DNA of 63,590 bases, the filler included, from Octopus bimaculoides (lineage: Eukaryota): the NCBI RefSeq assembly GCF_001194135.2. It is 9 parts of 9 records of this genome, joined end to end, with 100 filler letters (N's around TTAATTAATTAA, not from the genome) between each part and the next. Parts side by side here need not be neighbours in the genome. Positions count along the whole stretch, not along the records: positions 6,914 to 14,515 come from NC_068983.1; positions 14,616 to 29,651 come from NC_068984.1; 7 more parts are not named here. The stretch is one strand, 5' to 3'. The position numbers and the translations under genes are program-made. Under the pieces are notes generated by a model. It saw nothing but the letters and a program-made list of their open reading frames with translations. It had not been told where the DNA came from and searched no databases. Shown here one piece after another: positions 13,144 through 27,530 of the stretch (its first letter is position 1; the number at the start of each line of letters is the position of its first letter).

Positions 13144-13651
13144 ACGTATGTATATGTAAATATGCACACACACACATATGTGGGAATACACACACATCTG
13201 TGCGCATGCGCATATGAGTGTGTGTTTGTGTGTGTGCTTGTGCGTGGGTTACGTGTGTAGGTATGTGTGTCTGACCGTGCGTGCGTGTATGTGTTGACGT
13301 CTTTGTTCCCGCATCGGCCATTTTCTTTCAGATGTGTTGACAGTAGTGAAAGATAACGTAACTATAGGATGGCTATACAGAAAAAAAGCAAGCACACATA
13401 CATACACCTACAGACGGACGCTCTGCCGCGTACACAAACGCAGTCTCTTCCCCGCATTCATTGTTACACAAACATAGACTAACCCAACTAAACACACACA
13501 CGCACACAAACACACACACACACATACACACATACACACACACACACACACACAACTGCACACATTCTCTCTTTCTCTTTCCCTCTGACATTTATCTGTC
13601 CCTTTCTCTCTTTTTCTTCCTCTCTGTCTCCCTCTCTCACATACAAACACA

Positions 13652-13690
<39 letters not shown>

Positions 13691-14036
13691 ACTGCGTATT
13701 TCTGGCACATACATCTCCCTCTCTCTCGCTTACACACATGCACACACATACACATATACATATACACACACAAATACTCTCTCTTTCATACGAAAACACA
13801 CACACTTAGAATCGCCGACTCTCTCCTATACACAGAAGCATACACAAAAATAAGAGACATACACATTCCTAGAAACATACATACCCAGAAGCATACATAC
13901 ATATATAAATATATACCTACATAGATGTATTAATACATACATACATGCATGCATACTTAGTTACATACATAACATAACCTACATTCATACACACACACAC
14001 ACATACATACATACATACATACATACATACATACAG

Positions 14037-14069
<33 letters not shown>

Positions 14070-14362
14070 CATACATACTCACACTCTCCCTTCCTCTCAC
14101 ACATTACATATAGCCCTTCATCTCATACAAAAAAATATTTCTTTAAAAGATGGAGAAATAGTGAAAAGTTGACAGCAAATGAATAAAAGAAGATATTCTG
14201 CTATCATATAAACAACGTTTCAATTAATCGTCCGTTTTTTTGAGGTCAACATAAAGATTAATTTTTTTGCTGTGAAAAGCAATGAACTTAGTTGCCCTTT
14301 CATATGTTTTAAAGTAGTAGTGATAAGTTTGAGATTCAATGCTTGCAAATTATCTTTACTGT

Positions 14363-14365
14363 TTG

Positions 14366-14412
<47 letters not shown>

Positions 14413-14417
14413 GTCTG

Positions 14418-14460
<43 letters not shown>

Positions 14461-14461
14461 G

Positions 14462-14515
<54 letters not shown>
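14363..14515. repeat. (TATC)n microsatellite
   Basis: Direct reading; similar GATA/TATC arrays near 16380, 27315, 46475, 58240 and 58755. Confidence 0.95.
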
Positions 14516-14615
14516 NNNNNNNNNNNNNNNNNNNNNNNNNNNNNNNNNNNNNNNNNNNNTTAATTAATTAANNNNNNNNNNNNNNNNNNNNNNNNNNNNN
14601 NNNNNNNNNNNNNNN

Positions 14616-14659
<44 letters not shown>

Positions 14660-14711
14660 TGTATGTATGTGTCTGTGTATCTGTGTGTATTTGTGTGGGT
14701 ATATGTGTATG

Positions 14712-15340
14712 TCGGCCCATGCAACTTAAAGTCTCGTGATCCTCTAACATAAACCCGCCTTCCCAATGTCTCATTCATGGAACAAATTGTGCTCCAACCA
14801 GCCAGGCAAATAAGATACTTGATCCCTGCTTCTCAAACAATATGGAATCAATCTATAATCTTGAAGTAACACCGATACTAACTTCGGAACACAACATAAT
14901 ACAGCTGCCCATGTATGGACCAAAAAGCCCATCAGACATACGCCCTACACGAAGCATCCGAAATCTCTCCAGTCTGAACTTTCATAAAGCTAACTAGAAA
15001 TCGATTGAGAACGAGATCCTCGAACAGGATTGGCCTGAATATCTCTCCACACCAGACATTGACACGAAGGTCAAACATTTCAGGGCCGTAATGCAAGCCA
15101 TATGCAACAAATCTGTTTCAGAGCACAAACCCAACGCACACACAAACAAGATTCCTAGCGAGAGGAATATTCCTTTGACACAAACGATAAAGATTACAAA
15201 CCGCCTGAACAAACATTTCAAAAATAGTTAAAAGTCTCGCCTGAAGACAACATCTGAGGATTGAGGCAAAGTTCCATCAATCCCATGAAAAAGGGAGTAG
15301 ATAAGGAGACCTAGGTTACAGAAACTATTAAGTCAAACCC
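14712..15340 (+). mobile_element. CR1-like LINE ORF2 fragment (endonuclease C-terminus and linker)
   Basis: EQIVLQPARQ..ILDPCFSNNMESIYNLEVTPILTSEHNIIQL (TR..LD..SDH motifs), then LNFHKANxKSIENEILEQDW; stops and frameshifts. Confidence 0.75.
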
Positions 15341-15357
15341 TTACACATATATACATA

Positions 15358-15389
<32 letters not shown>

Positions 15390-16382
15390 CATATANNNNN
15401 NNNNNNNNNNNNNNNNNNNNNNNNNNNNNNNNNNNNNNNNNNNNNNNNNNNNNNNNNNNNNNNNNNNNNNNNNNNNNNNNNNNNNNNNNNNNNNNNNNNN
15501 NNNNNNNNNNNNNNNNNNNNNNNNNNNNNNNNNNNNNNNNNNNNNNNNNNNNNNNNNNNNNNNNNNNNNNNNNNNNNNNNNNNNNNNNNNNNNNNNNNNN
15601 NNNNNNNNNNNNNNNNNNNNNNNNNNNNNNNNNNNNNNNNNNNNNNNNNNNNNNNNNNNNNNNNNNNNNNNNNNNNNNNNNNNNNNNNNNNNNNNNNNNN
15701 NNNNNNNNNNNNNNNNNNNNNNNNNNNNNNNNNNNNNNNNNNNNNNNNNNNNNNNNNNNNNNNNNNNNNNNNNNNNNNNNNNNNNNNNNNNNNNNNNNNN
15801 NNNNNNNNNNNNNNNNNNNNNNNNNNNNNNNNNNNNNNNNNNNNNNNNNNNNNNNNNNNNNNNNNNNNNNNNNNNNNNNNNNNNNNNNNNNNNNNNNNNN
15901 NNNNNNNNNNNNNNNNNNNNNNNNNNNNNNNNNNNNNNNNNNNNNNNNNNNNNNNNNNNNNNNNNNNNNNNNNNNNNNNNNNNNNNNNNNNNNNNNNNNN
16001 NNNNNNNNNNNNNNNNNNNNNNNNNNNNNNNNNNNNNNNNNNNNNNNNNNNNNNNNNNNNNNNNNNNNNNNNNNNNNNNNNNNNNNNNNNNNNNNNNNNN
16101 NNNNNNNNNNNNNNNNNNNNNNNNNNNNNNNNNNNNNNNNNNNNNNNNNNNNNNNNNNNNNNNNNNNNNNNNNNNNNNNNNNNNNNNNNNNNNNNNNNNN
16201 NNNNNNNNNNNNNNNNNNNNNNNNNNNNNNNNNNNNNNNNNNNNNNNNNNNNNNNNNNNNNNNNNNNNNNNNNNNNNNNNNNNNNNNNNNNNNNNNNNNN
16301 NNNNNNNNNNNNNNNNNNNNNNNNNNNNNNNNNNNNNNNNNNNNNNNNNNNNNNNNNNNNNNNNNNNNNNNNNNNTATATAC

Positions 16383-16469
<87 letters not shown>

Positions 16470-17279
16470 CGCACACATTCAGACATACATAAATCTCTTT
16501 CGGCAAGGAAACTTGCACTAAAACTGAATAATGACATACATATACACATTCATACACACCACACGCACACACAATGGTCGAGTCACCCTCTTACTATTCG
16601 AAGTTTCCAGGCGCACCGTTTCTTCAGCTTAACTACGCCTCTTGTAGTTCCCCTGAAGACCCCGTGCATCTGCAAGTGAAACTCAGAGTAGCAAGACACC
16701 AGCTTAGAATATATTAATCTCTATTATGTTATGGCGTAGTTTCTTGCATCAGTCAAATTTGTGTGTGTGTATGTGTGCGTGTGTAATTGTATAATAATAT
16801 ATGTGTAAATGTATAAGCAAGTAAAATCGTTAATAAGTATGCTTTCCAGTGCAGTGGTATGAGAACATCCATGCATCTGTATATTAGAAGGTCATTTTAG
16901 GACAATAATTTCAACAGAGAATTAAAACTCGCCCAAGAATAACTGCACAATGCATGAATAATTAATTGTATGAGCATAAATTTAAAGTTAAAAGAGCGCG
17001 CGTGATGTACAAGACGTTGGGTATTGATTCGACTTAAAAATCTGACCAGCTTTGGCATCTCTGAAATCATTCTGGCATTTCTGTTAAGGATAATCTTCTT
17101 AATCAATTCTGTCTAAATATAAGGATAAATACATAGAATCGTGTTCTGAAAATGAGTTGCAGTAATTACCACAGAGTACAGCACTTGATGTATGTTCAGT
17201 ATGTATTACATATTTTTCTGTGGATGTATCTTGATAGAATGTATTACAAAACTCATATCTCCTTCAAACTAGGATCCTC

Positions 17280-17518
17280 TAATTTCTTATTTCTTTATTG
17301 CCCACAAGGGGCTAAACATAGAGGGGACAAACAAGGACAGACAAATGGATTAAGTCGATTACATCGACCCCAGTGCATAACTGGTACTTAATTTATTGAC
17401 CCCCGAAAGGATAAAAGGCAAAGTCGACCTCGGCGGAATTTGAACTCAGAACGTAAAGACAGACGAAATACTGCTAAGCACTTCGCTCGGCGTGCTAACG
17501 CTTCTGCCAGCTCGCCGC
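17280..17518 (-). mobile_element. SINE family B, near full length
   Basis: Reverse complement gcggcgagctggcagaagcgttagcacgccgagcgaag..gagttcaaattccgccgaggtcgactttgccttttatcctttcggggtc. Confidence 0.85.
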
Positions 17519-17519
17519 T

Positions 17520-17820
17520 AATTTCACTGCACTTGTTGTATCGCTCCATTCACTTCGTGGAGGACCCTTGGACGTCCTCCGAAATAAAAATGTCAAAGAC
17601 TTTTGTCACAACATCCTTCGTCTTCTTTATTGTCTTCAAACCCCTATCCATGATGTTCTCCTTCAGCTTTGGGAACAGCCAAAAGTCACAGGGAAAGGAA
17701 GGAAGCAAGAGTTTGATTCTATGGAGACTGAGAGACAGTTTCGATGTCAATCTCTGTCAAGCAGATTGTCACCTGGATGGAATTGTGAACCGATGAATTG
17801 TCCTGATGCTGGTGCTATCG
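17520..17820 (-). mobile_element. mariner transposase C-terminal fragment
   Basis: HQDNSSVHNS..CDFWLFPKLKENIMDRG..KDVVTKVFDIF matches the mariner QDN and (A)PCDFWLFPKLK motifs. Confidence 0.8.
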
Positions 17821-19000
17821 ACCGGAGTGGTAATGCTCTTACTCCTGGATTCATTCAAAACCTCCACATATAGATTTGGTATATGTCAGTCAGGCAATAT
17901 CAAATTAAGATAACCATCTCTGTATCATAATTAGTGCAAACGCACGCGTCGATAGGCCAGTTATAGCGGTATTCATCCGGAAATAACATCTCTTATAGAG
18001 GTCCTGCGTTAAAATGGTCTATCAACATTGTGTATGAATTAGGTATGATACATAGACAACTGTCATTATTTTTACAGTTTGCTGCCATGAGTAAACCTTA
18101 ATCAGGCTGGAATTAATTTGAGTCGCACGGACCAGTGTTGAACATAGCATATATTTCCGCAACGAAAGGTTTTCCGACGCTCGAGTGTGGATGAGCGAAT
18201 TAAATATCATTGCATATAATTTATTCAATGCTGCGTCTTACGATTCTATTTAATAAATTCCAGCTGGACAAAGGGTAGACAACTCTACTGTTTGCCGTTC
18301 TTCTATGTCAGATGGTGCTGTGAACCACGACTTCACTATTTGTGGTTGATGACGCGTAATAATCACAACATCAAATGTTGATATTTTGAATGCATTTGAT
18401 ACGTATGTTTCGAATAGTTATGTAAGATGACCGTTACATAACATTACCCTCCTCAGTCGATATTTCAAAATATAAAGATATATAAAAATTTGCTATAAAT
18501 TTAATAGCTGTTCGAATAGATTTAGAAATTCGTTAAAATACGAAGAAATAAAGAGAAGAGAAGACCTATATTGTCTATGAGGAAAGATTTCTCCCGCAAC
18601 CATTTTTCACATCAGATTGTTAAATATGATTGTACACGTATATGTATCACGCGACACAACTTCGTGCGCCTGTGCTTAATTAATTGCACCTTGTCGAAGC
18701 TATGCGCACATCAACAAATGTACAATTGGCTGTTTTTATATATTAGGGCTGTGAACTACTGATTCGGTACTCGAATTTTATGAAGCAAAACGGGGCAGAA
18801 TCGCTTGACGTCATTCAAAGCCCGATGTCGTCACTTGTAGCCTAATTATGTGCTTTCGCATATTTTGTCTGTGAGGAGAATTTTTTCCCGAGCCTAATTC
18901 TGCAGCGAAATTTCTTCCGAGTGTACACGAACTTGTCAAACATGATATGATCTAACATAGCTATACACATATATTCAATTCACTATCATATACTTTATAT

Positions 19001-19280
19001 CGACCCAGCACTTATTCTTTCGGTGTCTGTGCCGAACTACTAAGTTACGAAGACGTAAACACACCAATACCGGTTGTCAAGTGATGGTAGGGAATATTTT
19101 ATTGTCCTCTATTGCGTTTTTGTTCCATTTTATATATACGGTGGTCTTCTTTCAGTTTCCGTCTACCAAATCCTGTTCTGAGTGGCTCGAAGCTACAGTA
19201 GAAGACACTTGCCCAAGGTACCTCACAATGGAACTAAACCCGGAATCACATGGTTGGGAAACAAGCTTTATACTACACAC
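19001..19280 (-). mobile_element. SINE family A
   Basis: cttctttcagtttccgtctaccaaatcc..gaagacacttgcccaaggt..aacccggaatcacatggttgggaaacaagc. Confidence 0.8.
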
Positions 19281-20139
19281 ATGTAAGTATTCATTGTCAT
19301 AAATATATATCTTCATATTGTTATCGAATGCTGCATAAAAAGAAAAGACTGAGGGCTAGAGAGGGAGAGATGAAAGAGGGAGAGCAGAAAGGAAAGAAAT
19401 ACAAAGGGATCTTAGAGGGAGTGTTACTTTAAATATATTCAGTTTAGTAGAATAACTAGGTTTGTGGAAAAATAAATTAAAATAAGATATAGATAAGCAG
19501 AAATATTATAAAATGGGATTAAATGAAATGGAATATAATAATGCGAAGTAAGATAAGGCGAAGGATAGAGATAATAAGAATGAAGTATATTGGGGAATGA
19601 TGCTAAATGAGATTTTGAAAAATAGGAATTAGAAAATAATATGTAATTAGAATATAATTAGAAAATAATATGAAGTCGAGATTAATACGTAATCAACGTC
19701 CTCGTGAGGCTGCTATTCAAAAGTTAAGGTAGACGCTTGTGTGCTGAGGGCGCTGCTGTAGTGCGTCTTCGAATGCAGATTTTTATGTCTCCTCTGGCAG
19801 GGAAAAAGTTTTGTCTCTGCCTCGGCCCCTTCGGCCCTGGTACCAATATATAAGGCCGAGCCTGCCTGTGGAATAACGTATTATCTTCCCTGTATTCAGG
19901 GAAGATATCTTAATTCGAATGCTCAACAGTTTTTGTCAGAAATTAAATATATCGATTATGTTTATCTGTTGGTCTTGAAGCTCAAAGGAAGAATATAAGT
20001 GACAGAGGAGCCTCCCAAAACGGAGCCGCTAGAATAAGCATCAGTTGAAGTCTGCGGCCGACGTAACCGACATAAATCCCTTCACCGAGCTTGCTGGCTT
20101 TGTGTTAAAATTTGAAAGCAACATTACTAATATTCCCAA

Positions 20140-20285
20140 GGTAGCAAGCTGGCAAAACCGTTAGCACGCTGGACAAAATGCTTAGCGGCATTTCATCCGT
20201 CTTCACGTCCTGACTTCAAATACCGTCGAGGTTGTCTTCACATTTAATCCTTTCGGGGTCGATAAAAATATGTACTAGTCGGATA
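20140..20285 (+). mobile_element. SINE family B
   Basis: gcaagctggcaaaaccgttagcacgctggacaaaatgcttagcggc..cctttcggggtcgataaaaatatgtact. Confidence 0.75.
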
Positions 20286-20724
20286 CTAGGGTTCTTTAAT
20301 AGACTTTCCCTCTCCTCCCTGGTTCCAAAACTTGAAACCAATATTACAAATATTCTTGGATTTCAATGAGGAAATACATTCAGCGAAAGATGTGGTAAAT
20401 TTTAATCTTTCATAAGTAAAAATATGTCTATGGAGAGAAATTCCTTTTTTGAACCAGCTCAATTGTCGATCCGATATAAAAGCGATTATTACTATCGGTG
20501 ATACTAACACACTTGTACAGTACATTCTCATGGACACAACCCAAGAGACAGTACTTCCTAGCTTTACAATTACGTTCATGTTCCCCTCTAACAGGACCCG
20601 ATTTATCGTTTAGAAATCCTAATATCTTTGATGTGTAGTTTTGGTGTAGTCAAAGTTGAATTGAAGTAGTTGGAGTTTTATTAGAATTCGTTGAGGTTTG
20701 GTTGTCAATTTCGACATTCCCCTG

Positions 20725-21010
20725 TTTTTAGTAGACAACACAACATCCCGTATCGTTCGAATGACTCAGAATTAACTCCAGGAACTGGAAGGAATCGAAC
20801 TGGGGACGCACCCATCATACAGTCTAGACCTCACTCCCAAGGATTATTATTGTTCCGATCCATGGCTCACTTTCTACGCTCGCCACGCTTCATCAATCAA
20901 AAAGGATGTGGATCTTCAGAGAAGGACAAGAACTGGTGCCAGCTGCGATCAAAGAATTGGCAGAAAGTTGGCTTCAGACGCTGCAACAACAGGGTGGTCT
21001 CTACTTCTAA
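20725..21010 (+). mobile_element. Decayed mariner transposase C-terminal fragment
   Basis: DNTTSRIVRMTQN.LQELEGIELGTHPSYSLDLTPKDYY, then (frameshift) LFRSMAHFL; corresponds to DNARPH..HPPYSPDLAPSDYHLFRSM. Confidence 0.7.
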
Positions 21011-22333
21011 TGCTGCTTTGTTGTAACTTGACGGATGAACCAAATAAGTTACCAAAACATTACAAAACTTTTGACTCAACACAATATTATATTACAATAT
21101 TAGATTATTATATTAAATTATATTCTATTATAACATATTATAGCACATTCTATAATATTATAACATATTATATTATATTTATTATATTATATTATACTGT
21201 ATTATATATGTTAGACAAAGGCTTGCCTATGACTTCATGTTTCGTCTGCTTCAAAGCTTGTTCACGCAAGCGAAATTTTCTTGTAGTTACAGAGGATAGC
21301 AAATTTATTTTTGTAATAAATTTAACTCTATAACCGTATATTCAATGCATTCATTAGTAAATGGTTTTGGCACACACACATACATGTATATGTATCTGTA
21401 TAGATGTGTGTGTGTGTGTGTGTGTTTGTGTGTGTGTTTATGTGCGTATGGATACAAATATATATCTGAATATAAATACATATATATATGTATAAACGCT
21501 CACACACACACATACAGATGCACATACACATACAGATGCACATATACACACATACACACACATCCGAAAGTACAATAAAACAGGGCAGTTAAGGGTTTTT
21601 TTTATTCTAATGCCACGAATAGCAAATGATACATATATGTGTGTGTGTGTGTGTGTATAAATATATATACGTATATATGTGTTCGTATGTATATATATAT
21701 ATATACATACATTTATGTAAACATGTATAGAGAGAAATACATACATACATACATACACACATACATACATTCGTCCACATGTATATGTGTGTGTTTGTGT
21801 GTCTGTGTGTGTGCGTGTGTGCGTATGTGTGTGTAATGTATACACAGATATACACGTATTGCACGCACACACGCATATGCGTGTATTTGTATGCGTGTAT
21901 GTGTGTGTATGAAAAGGTTTGGGTCAATTTGTGGGTATGTGTGTGTGTGTGTATGTGTGTGTGTGCGTGTGTGTGTTTGGCTGTTTGGTAAATATCTGTT
22001 TATAAGCAATAGCAAACCACAAGAGAATGAGACTGGAGAGAGAGAGGGGGAGGGAAGGGGAGAAGGAGGATTGCGAAAGAGAGGTGGGTAGAGGCAAAGG
22101 CTGTGGTTTGGGTTTCGAACCGGGAGGCGGGAGGCGAGAGTCGGTAATAGTTGTGAGCTGAAGAACAGGAGCAAAGGGGGTGGTGGTGCTGCGTGGTGTC
22201 GGTGGCAGGGTGAGAATCGCCATTGTCGACGCAGTCGGATGTTTCCCGGTAGAGGTCTGGGGTTTCTGGAAGAATTCCAAGATTTCAGCAATTCATACAA
22301 ATAGTAAAGTATCAACGGTGTGGTGTGGCGTCT

Positions 22334-22412
<79 letters not shown>

Positions 22413-23450
22413 CACGTGTTTCTATGCGTGTGTGTGTATGTGCGTGTGCATGTGTGTGTGTGCATGTGTGTGCATGTTTTCGTATGTGTGCGTGTATGTG
22501 TTTGTATGTGTATGTATGCGTGTGTGCATGTGCGTGTATGTATTTGTGCGTGAGTGTGCATGTATGTGTGCACTGTGTGTATGTGTGTGTGCATGTGTAT
22601 GTATGAGTGTTTGTGTGTGTGTGCATGTGTGTGTGTGTATGTATACGTGTGTTCATGTGTGTGTAAGCGTGTGTGTGCATGCATGGGTTTGTATGCATGT
22701 GTGTGTGTGTGTGTGTGTGTNNNNNNNNNNNNNNNNNNNNNNNNNNNNNNNNNNNNNNNNNNNNNNNNNNNNNNNNNNNNNNNNNNNNNNNNNNNNNNNN
22801 NNNNNNNNNNNNNNNNNNNNNNNNNNNNNNNNNNNNNNNNNNNNNNNNNNNNNNNNNNNNNNNNNNNNNNNNNNNNNNNNNNNNNNNNNNNNNNNNNNNN
22901 NNNNNNNNNNNNNNNNNNNNNNNNNNNNNNNNNNNNNNNNNNNNNNNNNNNNNNNNNNNNNNNNNNNNNNNNNNNNNNNNNNNNNNNNNNNNNNNNNNNN
23001 NNNNNNNNNNNNNNNNNNNNNNNNNNNNNNNNNNNNNNNNNNNNNNNNNNNNNNNNNNNNNNNNNNNNNNNNNNNNNNNNNNNNNNNNNNNNNNNNNNNN
23101 NNNNNNNNNNNNNNNNNNNNNNNNNNNNNNNNNNNNNNNNNNNNNNNNNNNNNNNNNNNNNNNNNNNNNNNNNNNNNNNNNNNNNNNNNNNNNNNNNNNN
23201 NNNNNNNNNNNNNNNNNNNNNNNNNNNNNNNNNNNNNNNNNNNNNNNNNNNNNNNNNNNNNNNNNNNNNNNNNNNNNNNNNNNNNNNNNNNNNNNNNNNN
23301 NNNNNNNNNNNNNNNNNNNNNNNNNNNNNNNNNNNNNNNNNNNNNNNNNNNGAAACAAAGAATGAAGAAGAAAAAGCGACATTGGAGGAGATGTGAAGTG
23401 GTGCATTGAGGGAGAGGAAGTAGAGAGAAAGAGGGAGGGGGAATGAAGGG

Positions 23451-23499
<49 letters not shown>

Positions 23500-24374
23500 A
23501 GAAAGGAAGGAAGGGAATGAATGAAAAAAGGAAGTGAGAATAACAAAGAGAGCAACAAAGTTTTCAAAGAAGAATGATTGAGAGAAGTTTACGAAGTGAC
23601 GAAATAATTTATGAAGGACAAATTCGAGAAAGAATTTTGGAGACGAATGAGTTAAACGAAGAATGTGTGAATGACAGAAAGAAAGAAAGAAAGAAAATAT
23701 GAAGAGGGTCAAAAACAAGCGGAAATGTTACGAATGTTGCTGTTGTTGCTGCTGCTGTTGTCTAACAACAGGATCAAGCATAATGAAATATATTCCAGGC
23801 TTTACCATTCCATCTTTGTTAATACTGTGTAGAATTACCTTGTCTCGGGTGTCTTTTCAATATTTTGGACGATATTAAGGCAGTGAGATGACAAAGTCCA
23901 CAGCGCGTCGCACAAAAAGTTTAACGATATTTCTTTAGGCTTTTTTTTTCTTAAGTACGTTCTGAGTTCAAATACCGCCCAGTTTAAACTTATCTATTAT
24001 CTTTTCGGGGTGGATAAAACAAGTACTACTCAAGTTCTGGGACCGATGTAATCGACTTCTCTCCTCTCTTTACTGGACTTGTGACAAAAATTTCTCAGAA
24101 TAGTTTTAGACCATATTATGGCAGCGATCAATCAGAATCGTTAAATGAGTAGCATAGAAATGTTTAGTGGCAATTTTTCCGGCTCTTTACATTCAGAGAT
24201 CAAATTCTGCTGAGGTCAGTCTGGCTTTTTATCGTTTTAGGGTGGATAAAATAAGTACCAGTTAAGTACTAGGGTCGACGTAATCGAATACACCATCCCC
24301 TAAAATTATTGACATTGTACTAGAATCTGAAATTAATATTTAAGACCCCAGAGGCAACTAGATGGCAGAATCGT

Positions 24375-25235
24375 TAGTTTTTTCCGAAGTTTCTCTATTG
24401 GGTTGATGTCTGGAGACTGACTAGGTCACTCCATAATATTGATGTGCTTCTTTTTAAACCATTCTTTGGTAGTCTTAGCTTTATACTTTGGGGCGTTGAA
24501 ATATCCAACCTCGTTAGTAATCGAGATGAAGCTAGAAGGTTTTCATTCAAAATCTGCCGATACAATGATCCATCCATTTTCCCAGTGATACGGTACAGTC
24601 GCCCTGTTCTATTGGCATAGAAACAGCCCCATAACATTATACTGCCACTCCCATACTTTACGGTAAGGACGGTGTTATTTGGATTGTAAGCCTCATTCTT
24701 TTTTCTCCAGACCCTACGAGTACTATTTATTCCAAAAAGCTCGATTTTCGTCTCGTCAGACCAAAGTACATTCTTATAATCTTCTTCAGAGTCATTTAGG
24801 TGATCCTTAACAAATTTTAACCGAGCCTTAATGTGGGTTTCCCTTATTAAAGGGACATTTCGAACACTGCATGATTTTAAGCCGGCTTGGCGGAGTCTGT
24901 TTCCAAATGTTCTTTTTTTTTATGACTGATGTTCCTGCAGCTTGGAGGTCACTCCTAAGCTCTTCTCAGTAATTCTAAGGTTGTTCCGGACGGTTCTTAA
25001 TAAATGTGATGTTGCATGAGGGGATATTTTACAGGGAGCTCCAGATCGAGGATGGTTTTCCATTTACGTATCTGTTTTCCATTTACGTACAATACCACCC
25101 ACATTCGTTAACTTCTCTCCCAGTTGTTGACTCATCTTCTGATAGCCAAATCCAGCCTTGTGCAGCTTAATGATCTGCTCTCCACGATCATTAGACAACA
25201 CTTTGGTTTTACCTATGGTGAGGACGAATGCAATT
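24375..25235 (-). mobile_element. Tc1-like (DD34E-type) transposase pseudogene
   Basis: GKTKVLSND..IIKLHKAGFGYQKMSQQL N-terminus; [53 protein letters not shown] catalytic region; frameshifts. Confidence 0.9.
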
Positions 25236-26279
25236 GATTTAATTTGTTAAATAATCTGAAAGAAACAAAATTATTTTAAATACAGAATATAATTAGATTT
25301 GTTAAGTTCGATTTCTTCTAATTTATTGATATTTTATATTTACTTTGAATAAATATTCCTGTATTTGATCAAATTGCACTCTTATCAATAATGTACCAAG
25401 CACTTATTTCGCATAGCTTTTGTCAAATTCGTGTGTAACTGCTAAGCTATATTATTTTACCTGTTATTTAGGTCGTAACATTAACTGAAAGGTGTTTCCC
25501 TCACAGTGTATATACATACATACATACATACATATATATATATATACATACATATATATATATATANNNNNNNNNNNNNNNNNNNNNNNNNNNNNNNNNN
25601 NNNNNNNNNNNNNNNNNNNNNNNNNNNNNNNNNNNNNNNNNNNNNNNNNNNNNNNNNNNNNNNNNNNNNNNNNNNNNNNNNNNNNNNNNNNNNNNNNNNN
25701 NNNNNNNNNNNNNNNNNNNNNNNNNNNNNNNNNNNNNNNNNNNNNNNNNNNNNNNNNNNNNNNNNNNNNNNNNNNNNNNNNNNNNNNNNNNNNNNNNNNN
25801 NNNNNNNNNNNNNNNNNNNNNNNNNNNNNNNNNNNNNNNNNNNNNNNNNNNNNNNNNNNNNNNNNNNNNNNNNNNNNNNNNNNNNNNNNNNNNNNNNNNN
25901 NNNNNNNNNNNNNNNNNNNNNNNNNNNNNNNNNNNNNNNNNNNNNNNNNNNNNNNNNNNNNNNNNNNNNNNNNNNNNNNNNNNNNNNNNNNNNNNNNNNN
26001 NNNNNNNNNNNNNNNNNNNNNNNNNNNNNNNNNNNNNNNNNNNNNNNNNNNNNNNNNNNNNNNNNNNNNNNNNNNNNNNNNNNNNNNNNNNNNNNNNNNN
26101 NNNNNNNNNNNNNNNNNNNNNNNNNNNNNNNNNNNNNNNNNNNNNNNNNNNNNNNNNNNNNNNNNNNNNNNNNNNNNNNNNNNNNNNNNNNNNNNNNNNN
26201 NNNNNNNNNNNNNNNNNNNNNNNNNNNNNNNNNNNNNNNNNNNNNNNNNNNNNNNNNNNNNNNNNNNNNNNNNNNNNNN

Positions 26280-26315
<36 letters not shown>

Positions 26316-27314
26316 CATATATATGAATATATATATATACATATACATATATACATATATATATACACACATATATATATACATACATACTCACACACAC
26401 ACACATACACACACACACATATAAATATAGAAAGAAAGACGGAGCAAGTGAGAGAGAGAGAGAGAGCAGTATGTCTATGTTATTAAATATAATTATATAT
26501 TAATAGATAGATTTTTTTATATACACTTTTTATGCACATATACACATATACCTACATACACACACACGCACAAACACACACACACACACACACACTCACG
26601 CTTATACGTTAATATATGTTTATATGTATTTGTGTGTAGATGTGTGCGGTTGCCTGAATTGAGATAAAATGTGTATGTCAGTCATTTTGTATATGAGAAA
26701 TTGTGTTTTACATATACACATACACACCCGCACTCCCTCCCGTTCTCTCACTCTCCCTTTCTTTTTCACTCTCTCTTTCTCTGCTTCTTTCACACACATT
26801 ATTCACATCTATTCCCCACTTTTGTATGTCAATAATTATCGGGTTATAAAATCTCCCAGAATCCAGAAAAAAAGGGGATGTTTCTGGCATTTTGTTTTTG
26901 TCTCATATATCTATCTGTCTTTAAGTGCCTTTGTTAATTAGCTGAAATTTCCTCCCTTCTTAACGTCATTATTTAATCAGAATAGGAGGGGCGGTAACCA
27001 TGACCTTTAGCGACCTGATTCTAGGCTAGTAAAATCGATGGGCTCACTTGCAACAAACATTTGCAGCATTAGCAGCAACAGCACCAGCAACAGCAACAAC
27101 AACATTAGTCAGAGCGAACGAGGAATGTAATGTCTCTGCCATCGACTTGTTAGAAACAGCAGCCAAAATTCACATATATCATATCATACCGTTTTAATTT
27201 TTTTTTATTTTTGACTAGAAGGCCCTTTGAAATTCTACAATTCAAGTCAACATATTTGGAAACGGTATGTTAATATATCAAACGCAAGCAAAGAATTTTT
27301 TTTGAAACGTTGCC

Positions 27315-27402
<88 letters not shown>

Positions 27403-27422
27403 GGAGAGTAATAGATAGATAT

Positions 27423-27461
<39 letters not shown>

Positions 27462-27480
27462 CATACATACATACATACAT

Positions 27481-27530
<50 letters not shown>

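Noticed and set aside
11670-26486. Long ORFs of 200-470 aa (HTHT, CVCV, IYIY, LSIY, X-rich)
   Set aside because: Translations of microsatellites and N gaps; no protein signal
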